A stretch of 64,000 nt of DNA from a bacterium (GTDB lineage: Bacteria > Patescibacteriota > CPR2 > UBA1875 > JAJYID01): assembly GCA_021787535.1 (NCBI GenBank), contig JAJYLR010000001.1, positions 383,687-447,686 on the forward strand. Direction: 5' to 3'. The position numbers and the translations under genes are program-made. The notes under the pieces are model-generated. The model did no database searches. It was not told the DNA's origin and saw nothing but the letters and a program-made list of their open reading frames with translations. This document shows positions 45,752 to 54,590 of this stretch, one piece after another. How positions within the stretch are numbered: position 1 is the stretch's first letter; each line of letters begins with the position of its first letter.

Positions 45752-45823
45752 AAATATGTAAATCAATCTCTTTGAATTGAGAGCTGAGGTCTATACCTAA
45801 GCTTTATAGATGATATAGAAATT

Positions 45824-45991
45824 ATGGAAAGTAAAGAGAAGAAAATTATACCATATAAAAAAGCCCTAGCCATTTTTATATGGTGGATTGTATTTTTGTT
45901 AATCGGCGGATATTTTTTATATATCAAGATACTTAAACCATACATAGTCGGCAGACCCTATATCATTAAAGTTGAAAAGCCAAGCAAGTAA
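45824..45991 (+). CDS. 55-aa single-TM protein, below ORF-track cutoff
   Basis: MESKEKKIIPYKKALAIFIWWIVFLLIGGYFLYIKILKPYIVGRPYIIKVEKPSK. Confidence 0.6.
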   Translation: MESKEKKIIPYKKALAIFIWWIVFLLIGGYFLYIKILKPYIVGRPYIIKVEKPSK

Positions 45992-45996
45992 AGTAA

Positions 45997-47454
45997 CTAA
46001 TATCCAAGAATTCCTATTTTTTTGATTTGTTTCCTAATCTCAGTGCGATCAACATTCACATATTTTCTATCATATTCCTCTGCGGTCATAGATTGCCCAT
46101 CCCTTAAAGCAAGTACGGGAAAACCTAAAACCATCCTCATGAACTTTATATCAGAGTAAAAAAAGTTTTCTCCTTTTAAAATAATTTGACGATCTTGAAT
46201 TTCGTATTTTACATTTAAGTTTAAAGTATTTATCAGTTTCTTTATTTCTTTAGCATTTGGTTTTCTAAAAGATTTATCGTGGCACTTTGCCTTCTGTTCT
46301 TTTGGACAGGATGAGGAGCAATAATATTCCTTCCTGACCCATTGCGTATTATAGTCGGCTTCTTTAAAAAGATAACTGATTGCACATGAAGTTTTTTTAA
46401 AATACGGTATCTTCGCACCTTGAAGCATACTATCAACTCGTGCGCGCGTATCCGCAGGCATTTGTTTTAGAGAATCATGAATGTTGAGACCGATATCATA
46501 TGACGGATCAACATAGAGTCCTTTTTTAGCCATATATTCAACTGTGTTGATATCAAGTTTAACCGAAGATCTGACTATGCAATCAAAATAATTTTCACCA
46601 AGTTCTATAATTCTCTTCACTGTTTTCTTATTATCGTTTACATCCTTTATAATCGGCCGAAAGTATAGAACTTTTTTTAGTTTGGAATTTTTGAGATTTT
46701 TCATTGTTGCTAATCTCCGATCATTGATCACATTTTCATATTTCTTAGGCAGACAAGAAAAGGTGACAAATATAACCAGACGAATATATTTATAGCTTTC
46801 AAGTTTCTTTATTAAATTTTTTGATAAATATTCTTTAGTGATAAGCCCGACAACATTTGAGATTTTCATTTTCTCCAAACCGTCTAAAATCTCAAATGTT
46901 GTTTCTGTAACCCCTGTCTGAAAAGGGTCAGTGGCACTATTGTGAATAGCTAAGGGGACGCGAGGGTGATAATATTTATGTCTTTTGAGCGCTTTAAGAA
47001 TTGTTTGAGGATTATATATTTGCTTGGGAATAAACTTGTCCTTTATATCCCAACCATGTTTATAACAATAAACACAATTATTTCTACAACCAGCGATAGC
47101 ATTGATCGATAGAAAATTTTTCGCTAAAACTATAGGTTCCAAAGTAACTTTTCTGTTTTTTGAATCCCTTTGACTCTCTCTTTTCCTATATTTTTGCAAA
47201 CTTCTTTCGAGCTCATTTTTTAAATCAATATCATATATGTTTGCCAAACTAATCATAGAATAGAAAGCATCACCCAATTCCCTTGCAAGATCAGGATTAT
47301 AGATATGCTTTCTTTTACCATAGTTGGTCAGTTCTAAAACTTCTTTTGCGACCTCACCGACTTCGCTTGCTAAGTCCAGACAACAAAGTTCCGGTGTCGA
47401 GACAAGATTAAGTGCTCTTTGTACTTTTTGTACATTTTCCTGCAGAGTCTTCAT
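45997..47454 (-). CDS. MazG-like NTP pyrophosphatase fused to a radical SAM domain
   Basis: SEVGEVAKE...ELGD in first ~95 aa; GCRNNCVYC; TDPF; extra C-terminal Cys (KTSC, CSSSCP-x-x-Q-x-x-x-C); SD AAGGAG. Confidence 0.82.
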   Translation of the reverse strand: MKTLQENVQKVQRALNLVSTPELCCLDLASEVGEVAKEVLELTNYGKRKHIYNPDLARELGDAFYSMISLANIYDIDLKNELERSLQKYRKRESQRDSKNRKVTLEPIVLAKNFLSINAIAGCRNNCVYCYKHGWDIKDKFIPKQIYNPQTILKALKRHKYYHPRVPLAIHNSATDPFQTGVTETTFEILDGLEKMKISNVVGLITKEYLSKNLIKKLESYKYIRLVIFVTFSCLPKKYENVINDRRLATMKNLKNSKLKKVLYFRPIIKDVNDNKKTVKRIIELGENYFDCIVRSSVKLDINTVEYMAKKGLYVDPSYDIGLNIHDSLKQMPADTRARVDSMLQGAKIPYFKKTSCAISYLFKEADYNTQWVRKEYYCSSSCPKEQKAKCHDKSFRKPNAKEIKKLINTLNLNVKYEIQDRQIILKGENFFYSDIKFMRMVLGFPVLALRDGQSMTAEEYDRKYVNVDRTEIRKQIKKIGILGY

Positions 47455-47540
47455 TTTTTCTCCTTATTTAAAAAACATCCATTGCCATCATAGACTTTCA
47501 TTTGAATGGATGTAAAAAAGTAAATTTTGAAATCTACTTT

Positions 47541-48188
47541 TTAATAATAGTTACATTCGCAGGGAGTTTTATGGCAAATATAACAACCATCTTGAAATAA
47601 CCAGAGAAAATCATCAGCCAGGTCTCTCGCTAGAGAATTATAAACACGCAAAAAAATTACAAAAAAGTCAGAGGTACCTTTTTCTATCTCATTAAAATAT
47701 TTCTTTTCTTTCTCCCGTAAAAACTTTCTATAAAAATAGTGAAGATTGTCATTTCGACGAATGAGCAATAGATTTAAGTCTCCCGTAATTTCATTAGGAT
47801 AGATTTTACTTATCATTTCTTGCCATTTTCCTAAATTTTTTGGCTTCATAGAACCAGGACGGCCTGTTTTTACTGTCTTAATTCCTTCTTCTGCTCGGCA
47901 GATACATGGAATACTGCCACAGAACGGACATTTGTATGAATACCTTTTCCAAGTCATTTTTTCTAGATCAAGATGATAGCGATTGGTAAGAGCCAAAAAC
48001 CACGCAAGTGATATAACGAGATTCTTATAAATTGTTTTTTCATCTTGGTCTTGAAACGACTTTAAATATTCAAGCAGAAACTTTTTGCCATAAAAAAGTA
48101 TGTCCTCGACATTATACAATCTATCGTCAGGGATCCCGTATATGTCCAATATGGTATCTTGAGAAACTTGGATCGTGAACTCGCGCAT
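47541..48188 (-). CDS. Tandem degenerate MazG-like domains each ending in a C4 zinc knuckle
   Basis: AWFLALTNRYHLDLE-x3-WKRY-x3-CPFCGSIPCIC and GCYICHKTPCEC; catalytic EExGE/EELAD acids not seen. Confidence 0.7.
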   Translation of the reverse strand: MREFTIQVSQDTILDIYGIPDDRLYNVEDILFYGKKFLLEYLKSFQDQDEKTIYKNLVISLAWFLALTNRYHLDLEKMTWKRYSYKCPFCGSIPCICRAEEGIKTVKTGRPGSMKPKNLGKWQEMISKIYPNEITGDLNLLLIRRNDNLHYFYRKFLREKEKKYFNEIEKGTSDFFVIFLRVYNSLARDLADDFLWLFQDGCYICHKTPCECNYY

Positions 48189-48322
48189 ACTTTTAACATA
48201 TCGTATAAACTGACATTTTCCAACCCAAAAACCTTGTAACTGAACACAAAAAGGAATATCCTAATGTTAGCCCAGCTTTGAGCAATAAGCTTATGGACGG
48301 GAAGAAGGGAGGTGATTAAAAG

Positions 48323-48505
48323 ATGAAAGAACTCGCAAAATACGCGGATTATCTTTTTGTTTTATCTTTCCTTGGCATAGTTTTGGCAGCATACGGAGCA
48401 TTTACCGGCAGCGATCTTTGGCTAGGATCAACTCAGTGGCTGCTTGTGTCAATCGGCATGGTAGTGTATGCGCTTTATATTAAAACAAAAGCAACCGCTA
48501 AGTAA
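48323..48505 (+). CDS. Small two-TM membrane protein
   Basis: 60 aa, SD GGAGGTGA, downstream hairpin. Confidence 0.8.
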   Translation: MKELAKYADYLFVLSFLGIVLAAYGAFTGSDLWLGSTQWLLVSIGMVVYALYIKTKATAK

Positions 48506-48566
48506 TAGAAATTATCTTGATTAAAAAAGAGAGCTCTAAAAGTGCATGAGTTCTCTTTTATTTAGA

Positions 48567-49514
48567 TTAGGTTGCAATATCCTGATAAGATAGTGTCCAA
48601 AATGCAGAAATTATAGCGCTAATAAAACCGCTAGCCAGAAATATAGCCGCAAAAAAGGCGCAAACGGCCAAAACGGCAAAAATGATACCCGCTATCGGCG
48701 CCATGATGAAAAAAAGCAAACCGACAAGGAAAAGAACTAATGCCGCTAAAAGCAGAATAATCAAAAGGACAGTGCCTCCCACTAACCCTATGCCGACCGT
48801 AATCAGCCAAACCAGCAAAGTTTCTTTCTTTTTTTCCTTTATTACGCTCACTGAGCTTTTAACGGACTCAATAATCTTTTTTTCATGAAGCGCGATAAAT
48901 CTGAGCGCATACTCGAATATGATACCGGCAAATACTGAGATGGCAATTGCCGGAAGAATGATCAGAAAAATATAGAGAATGAAAAGCGCTTTAAAATGCC
49001 AAAATACTAATGCAGGCGAAACTAAAACCACAATAACTGCTAAAACAACTAAGGAGATTAGCAAGGACAAACCAAGCACTTTCCAGAACTTATGCAGACC
49101 AAACTTGAGCGCCTGACCAAAGGAACTTTGCCTGCCTTCTGCGATCTCGATCACTGAAAAAACCAATCCTGCCTTCGACATTATTGAAAGGATAACCAAA
49201 GCAAGAAAAACCAGGAGGAGAGCTATAGCAATTATTAAGATAAAAAACCAATGATCCTTGCACCAATTAAGTATATTTGTAATAAATAAATTCCCGTCAA
49301 ACGGCCTAGGTGTGTGACCGGCCGCATTAGTGCTGTTATTGATTTTTTGCTGAAAAAGACCGTTAAGATTAGTGCCATAATTAAAAGAGGTGAAGCTGCT
49401 GCCGGCTAAAAATCCTAAAACCCAAAGATATTTATTCCTCCTGACAATTTTAAAACTCTTTTTTAGATTTTCTACATATTGAACTGTATTGTGATTTTCC
49501 TGACCCTTTGCCAT
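48567..49514 (-). CDS. Hypothetical polytopic membrane protein
   Basis: LWVLGFLAG, about six TM segments, WTLSY C-terminus. Confidence 0.8.
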   Translation of the reverse strand: MAKGQENHNTVQYVENLKKSFKIVRRNKYLWVLGFLAGSSFTSFNYGTNLNGLFQQKINNSTNAAGHTPRPFDGNLFITNILNWCKDHWFFILIIAIALLLVFLALVILSIMSKAGLVFSVIEIAEGRQSSFGQALKFGLHKFWKVLGLSLLISLVVLAVIVVLVSPALVFWHFKALFILYIFLIILPAIAISVFAGIIFEYALRFIALHEKKIIESVKSSVSVIKEKKKETLLVWLITVGIGLVGGTVLLIILLLAALVLFLVGLLFFIMAPIAGIIFAVLAVCAFFAAIFLASGFISAIISAFWTLSYQDIAT

Positions 49515-49661
49515 TTCTTTCTCCTGCTACCAGATTAAACCTTATTTTTTGCTTTGTAAATATTCATTTTCCCGGATTGCGGCTTTAGCTTAGAACAGAT
49601 TAAGACGGCATTGAAAAAAGACTTTTCATGGGAATTTCGTTTATGTTAAAATATAAGTGAA

Positions 49662-51722
49662 ATGGCTGAACAAATTGAAAATCATACTTTGAGCACAGTC
49701 CTGGCAATACTGGCGGCAATATTTACATGTATTGCAATTTTTACTCTTGAGATATCTGTTTCGCTTAAAAACTTAAATATTTTGGTATCAGGCAATAAAG
49801 CTCTAGCTCTATCCGCTCTTATTTTTTTGGGTACCTTTCTTGTTATAGAATCTCTTTCCAGATACCTGGTACCTATAAAAAAAGCTGTTCCCTTCGGGAG
49901 GAGAATAGGAGCAGCAGGCCTGATTTTTGTATTGCTGCATGTCTTATCAGTAACGCTTGTCTTAAACCAAACATTTCCTTTGAGCTGGTTCTCGCAGCAT
50001 GCTGCAGCTATCATACCTGCAACTGGCGCTCTTTGTATTTTAATCTTTTTGTTTTTGGGCTTTACCAAAACAATTGCCGGCAAACTTGGAGAGAAAAGAT
50101 CGCTATATATTCAGATTTTAGGTTATCTAGCGCTTGCCTTGATAGCCATTCATACATTTATGATTATGAAACCGTCATATGGGGATATCGGCAAAACCAT
50201 ACTTAACAGTTTTCACCAGCTTGACTTTATATTCATTGCGGCTTTTCTGGCGATGATTTTAGCGCTTAGAATTTTTACCTTCTTTATCAATAAAAAACTT
50301 TCACTGCAAGCTAAGATTATTGTGCATACATTTCTGTTTTTTACTGTTAGCGCTGTGATTATTGGCGCATATATCATTATCTCCGACTTAGGAAGCCATA
50401 AAGAAGAGGCCTTTCATCATAATCATCATATGTTGAGTTATGTTCTTTCCGAACTTCAAAATCCAGCGGTAAAAATGAGCGATATCTACAATATTACCGA
50501 TAACCTAACAAACTCAGCATCGGGTGTACCTACAATTTTCTTTATCGATAACAATAAAGAAATCATCCACTATCCAGGCAAAACTAAGGAAGGCACTCCA
50601 TACGCATTTTTTAATACCGCGAAAACAACAAGCGACAATATGGGCTGGGAGTCTGAACATAAAGAAAACGGAGACACCGTACTGGATACCATAGTAGAAG
50701 TCCCGCAAGGCGGATATGTAGTAGCGTCAACTGATTTCACGAAATCAGAAATGGGGCATTTTGATTCAGAAATTCTTCTCTCATCATTTCTGATAGTATT
50801 TGTGACCTTAGTGACGGCTGTCATGACAGTTTTATTCACCCGTTATAATATCTTATCGCCCCTTAAAAAAATTACTACCGCATCGAAGAAAATTGCCGAG
50901 GGTAACTTGGATACAAAAATTGATATAAAAAGCAAAGATGAATTTGCTGTACTTGCTGAAGACTTAAATAATATGGGGGAAAAAATAAAAGCCCAAATTA
51001 ACGACCTAATGAAAATGGACAAGCTTAAAAATGAGTTTATCGCCATAGCATCGCATAATTTAAGGACTCCACTAACTACGCTTCGAGGTTATCTTGACCT
51101 TTTCGAAACGAGCGGCAAACTTACTCCAAAACAAAAAACAAATCTTGAGAAAGCCCAGCATAGCGCTACTTCTTTAGTTTCTCTTGTTGAAGGACTTGTA
51201 AATATTACTTCTCTTGAGACAGCCGGGCTTAAGATCGAAAAAGATACCGTGGATCTCAAAAGCTTAATAGAAAACGTGATTGAGGAAGTTGGCCCGAAAG
51301 CCAAAGGGAAAGATGTAACGATCAAAAATCAGCTAGGAGAAGAAGAAATCTTAACCATTGGAGATAAGGCAAAACTCAAACAGGCCTTCCTGGCAGTTTT
51401 TGAAAACGCTATAAAATTCAACAAAAAAGGCGGAGATATCACAGTTGAAAAAATTATTGATGATACTAAACAACCGCTCATTGGGAGGCGGGAAATGATT
51501 ATCACAATTAAAGATACTGGTATTGGTATAGCGAAAAATGAACGGGAAAACGTATTTCAAAAGTTTAACCGCGGTACAAGCACTTACACGTACGAATATG
51601 AAGGGGTGGGACTGGGACTATATCTCGCACGACTGATCATCCAAGCTCACAGAGGAAGAATATGGTTTGAAAGCGAAGAGGGTAAGGGTACTATATTTTA
51701 TATTTCGCTGACCGAAAAATAG
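49662..51722 (+). CDS. Sensor histidine kinase with N-terminal MsrQ/ferric-reductase-like TM domain, extracytoplasmic domain and HAMP
   Basis: RRIG-x9-H and GYLA-x5-IH; HAMP (SPLKKIT...DEFAVLA); ASHNLRTPL, ENAIKF, DTGIGI, GVGLGL. Confidence 0.85.
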   Translation: MAEQIENHTLSTVLAILAAIFTCIAIFTLEISVSLKNLNILVSGNKALALSALIFLGTFLVIESLSRYLVPIKKAVPFGRRIGAAGLIFVLLHVLSVTLVLNQTFPLSWFSQHAAAIIPATGALCILIFLFLGFTKTIAGKLGEKRSLYIQILGYLALALIAIHTFMIMKPSYGDIGKTILNSFHQLDFIFIAAFLAMILALRIFTFFINKKLSLQAKIIVHTFLFFTVSAVIIGAYIIISDLGSHKEEAFHHNHHMLSYVLSELQNPAVKMSDIYNITDNLTNSASGVPTIFFIDNNKEIIHYPGKTKEGTPYAFFNTAKTTSDNMGWESEHKENGDTVLDTIVEVPQGGYVVASTDFTKSEMGHFDSEILLSSFLIVFVTLVTAVMTVLFTRYNILSPLKKITTASKKIAEGNLDTKIDIKSKDEFAVLAEDLNNMGEKIKAQINDLMKMDKLKNEFIAIASHNLRTPLTTLRGYLDLFETSGKLTPKQKTNLEKAQHSATSLVSLVEGLVNITSLETAGLKIEKDTVDLKSLIENVIEEVGPKAKGKDVTIKNQLGEEEILTIGDKAKLKQAFLAVFENAIKFNKKGGDITVEKIIDDTKQPLIGRREMIITIKDTGIGIAKNERENVFQKFNRGTSTYTYEYEGVGLGLYLARLIIQAHRGRIWFESEEGKGTIFYISLTEK

Positions 51723-51892
51723 TATTTTTGAATTTCTGATTTAGAAAAAGTTTGAATACATAGAAATGGAATCTATTGTTTTCCTAAACCAATATAGTTT
51801 ATGTGAATCGCTGAATATCAAATCACTTGACTAAATTAAAGTAGTTTATCAAAAAGCTCAAACCCATTTACGCCCACCCGCGAAAAATCTTC

Positions 51893-51922
51893 TTGACATA
51901 GGGTGTGATTTTAGAGTATACT
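51893..51922 (+). promoter_or_regulatory. Near-consensus sigma70 promoter
   Basis: TTGACA-18 nt-TATACT directly before a long hairpin. Confidence 0.7.
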
Positions 51923-51929
51923 TTTGCTC

Positions 51930-52030
51930 GTTAAATCTCAGGGGCCGTCGGATTGATATGAGAAGTAAACAGCGTGATTACGTTGAAGAAGTTAAATCAT
52001 AGACTTCCGGCGGTCCCCTGAAGATTTGTA
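51930..52030 (+). ncRNA. Candidate ~100-nt rod-shaped small RNA
   Basis: 20-bp closing stem 51933-51952/52006-52027, TATGA/TCATA inner stem, A-rich bubble, terminal CAGCGT-GATT-ACGTTG hairpin. Confidence 0.55.
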
Positions 52031-52279
52031 CCTTAAGATTTAATATTTTAGTTGCCATCGATTTCATCATTGAAAAACATTGAACTGTACTGCAAACTAA
52101 CTAAAATAAGATCATAAAGGCCTCAAATCCATGCAAATCACAATAAGCAGAATATTCGAGGTCTTTTTTATTTTTTATACTTCAGAAATATTTTCGTAAT
52201 TTTTATTATTAACAAATGCTGCTATTGATATTAGAATTGATACGTAGGAATAATTTTTATTTAAAAATCTCTGGAAATA

Positions 52280-54427
52280 ATGGAAGAAAAAGAAGAAAGA
52301 AAAAGCCGGGTCAGGCATCTAAAAACGGGGGCGTTTTTTAAATATTCTAAAGACGTGTCAATGAAAGCTTTAAAAATATTCGGCAAATCAGCGGCGATTT
52401 TCGCGCTTATTATCTTTTTGGCCGGCAGTTTTTTTATGATAGGCACGTATTTTAAATATGCAAATGACTTTCAAAACGCCAAGCCAAAATCCGGGGGAAC
52501 GCAAGCAATTTTCTATGATAAGGACGGAAACGTTATTTATGAGGGTTACGGAACTTCTGATCCTGATTATGTTTCGCTTGATAAAATACCGGATGTTGTC
52601 AAAAAAGCGACGCTTGCAGCAGAAGATAAGGATTTCTACCATCATGGCGCAATAGATTTGCAAGGTATAGGAAGAGCGGCTTTCAGGAATATACAAGCCA
52701 GCCACAAACGCGGTTTAGCTAAGATGACTGATCTTTTTGACGCCAGCGATTATTCCCAGGGCGGCTCAACTATTACCCAGCAGCTTGTCAAAAATAGATA
52801 CCTTAAAGATGAAAAAAGTTTCGGCAGGAAGCTAAAAGAAATTGTCTATTCATACGAGCTGGAAAAAAAGATGACAAAAGATCAGATTTTGGAACAATAC
52901 TTAAACAGTATTTATTACGGGGAACAAGCCCTTGGTATTAAAAACGCAGCTAAAATATATTTCGGCAAGGACTTGAAAAATCTCGACCTTGCTGAAGCTA
53001 GTATGCTGGCAGGTTTGCCGGCTGCTCCAAGCAAATACGATCCCATTAACGGCGACTACGAAACAAGCAAGAAGAGACAGGAGTATGTTCTGCAGCAAAT
53101 GTATGAGGCAAAGGAAATCTCTCTAGACGAGGCAAAAAAGGCGGCAAATGAACCTTTATCATTTAACGGTCAAAAACATTTTGTTGATAAATATCCTTAT
53201 TTTGTGCAATATGTCAAACAACAGCTAATTGATTTGTATGGTTTTGATTATGTTGAAACGGGGGGGTTAAAAGTCTATACAACCCTGGATTCGGCAAAGC
53301 AGGATTTAGCTGAAACAACAGCTAAAAAATACGTGGATCAGTTTAGATACGCCCATGTCGGCAATGCCGCGGCCGTCATTTTAGACAATAAAAATGACAA
53401 TATCTTGGCTATGGTCGGCGGAGTAGATTGGGATAAAAGCAAGGTTAATGTTGCCGATTCGCCCCGGCAACCTGGATCGTCTTTTAAGCCCATAGTTTAT
53501 GCGACAGGTTTCAAAGAGGGTTACTCTCCATTTACCAAGCTGCTTGACCAGCCCATCAACTTTGGCGGGATTCCTCCTTATACACCCCATGATTTTGATG
53601 GAAGATTTAGAGGCAATGTCACAGCAAGGACAGCACTTTCTAATTCGCTCAATGTTCCGACGGTAGAGATGACTGAGCTTGCCGGTGTCAATCAGGTTAT
53701 CACTACAGCAAAAGACCTTGGCATTAGTACAATAGACAATGATCCCCAAAAGTATGGCTTATCCATCGGTTTGGGAAGCGCAGAGGTAAAGCTTACAGAT
53801 TTGGCAGGTGCGTACGCTGCTCTTGGGAATGGCGGGCAGAGAACTCTGATGTCAGGCATTTCCAAGGTTCTTGACAATACTAACCAAGAGATTTACAAGG
53901 TTGACCGGCAGGAAAAAACCGTAATGGATCCGCGTATCGCCTATATGGTTACCAGTATTTTATCTGATACAAAAGCCAGACAGAAGGTATTCGGCGCCGG
54001 CAATAAACTGGAAATAAAGGGGCATACTGTTGCCGCAAAAACAGGAACGACAGAAAACTTTACCGACTCCTGGACTATGGGTTATAATCCTGATTTTACC
54101 GTCGGAGTTTGGATGGGTAACAATGACCATAGCAAGATGGGTCAGATAAGCGGGATAGAAGGAGCAGCTTATGTCTGGCATGACATTTTCGAGGGGATAC
54201 TCGCGAACCAGCCCGATATCGCATTTCAAAAACCGCAAGGTTTAAGCGAGGCATGGGTTAATCCATATACATTCTCAAAGGCGCCAAGGAGCGGCCCCCC
54301 ATATGTAATTGAATATTTTCTGCCCGGCAAAGAACCGGCTGCAAAACCGGATTTTTCATACCTCAATATTTTCACTCACAAAGGTCAATACTATAAAACA
54401 AACGATAAAGCATCAGCCGGACAGTAA
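52280..54427 (+). CDS. Class A penicillin-binding protein (PBP1A family)
   Basis: AAEDKDFY-x-H, QGGSTITQQLVKN, RKLKE, RQPGSSFKP, SLN, KTGT. Confidence 0.95.
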   Translation: MEEKEERKSRVRHLKTGAFFKYSKDVSMKALKIFGKSAAIFALIIFLAGSFFMIGTYFKYANDFQNAKPKSGGTQAIFYDKDGNVIYEGYGTSDPDYVSLDKIPDVVKKATLAAEDKDFYHHGAIDLQGIGRAAFRNIQASHKRGLAKMTDLFDASDYSQGGSTITQQLVKNRYLKDEKSFGRKLKEIVYSYELEKKMTKDQILEQYLNSIYYGEQALGIKNAAKIYFGKDLKNLDLAEASMLAGLPAAPSKYDPINGDYETSKKRQEYVLQQMYEAKEISLDEAKKAANEPLSFNGQKHFVDKYPYFVQYVKQQLIDLYGFDYVETGGLKVYTTLDSAKQDLAETTAKKYVDQFRYAHVGNAAAVILDNKNDNILAMVGGVDWDKSKVNVADSPRQPGSSFKPIVYATGFKEGYSPFTKLLDQPINFGGIPPYTPHDFDGRFRGNVTARTALSNSLNVPTVEMTELAGVNQVITTAKDLGISTIDNDPQKYGLSIGLGSAEVKLTDLAGAYAALGNGGQRTLMSGISKVLDNTNQEIYKVDRQEKTVMDPRIAYMVTSILSDTKARQKVFGAGNKLEIKGHTVAAKTGTTENFTDSWTMGYNPDFTVGVWMGNNDHSKMGQISGIEGAAYVWHDIFEGILANQPDIAFQKPQGLSEAWVNPYTFSKAPRSGPPYVIEYFLPGKEPAAKPDFSYLNIFTHKGQYYKTNDKASAGQ

Positions 54428-54590
54428 TATCCGGATCTCTCTTTGTGAAATAACAGTTCTGTTTTGTTTCTCATAAAGAAGTTTGCCGTATATCTCATTG
54501 TTAATTCTTACAAAAAAAGGACAATGAAAAAACTTTTTTTAGTCTAACTTGACAATGCGGTTAGCCCTTTAAGATATTATCCTTAAACTC

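Noticed and set aside
45717-48188. Integrated element with att sites at tRNA-Gln
   Set aside because: The downstream tRNA-like 3' piece is not identical to the inner tRNA 3' end, no second copy was seen further on, and no integrase is present
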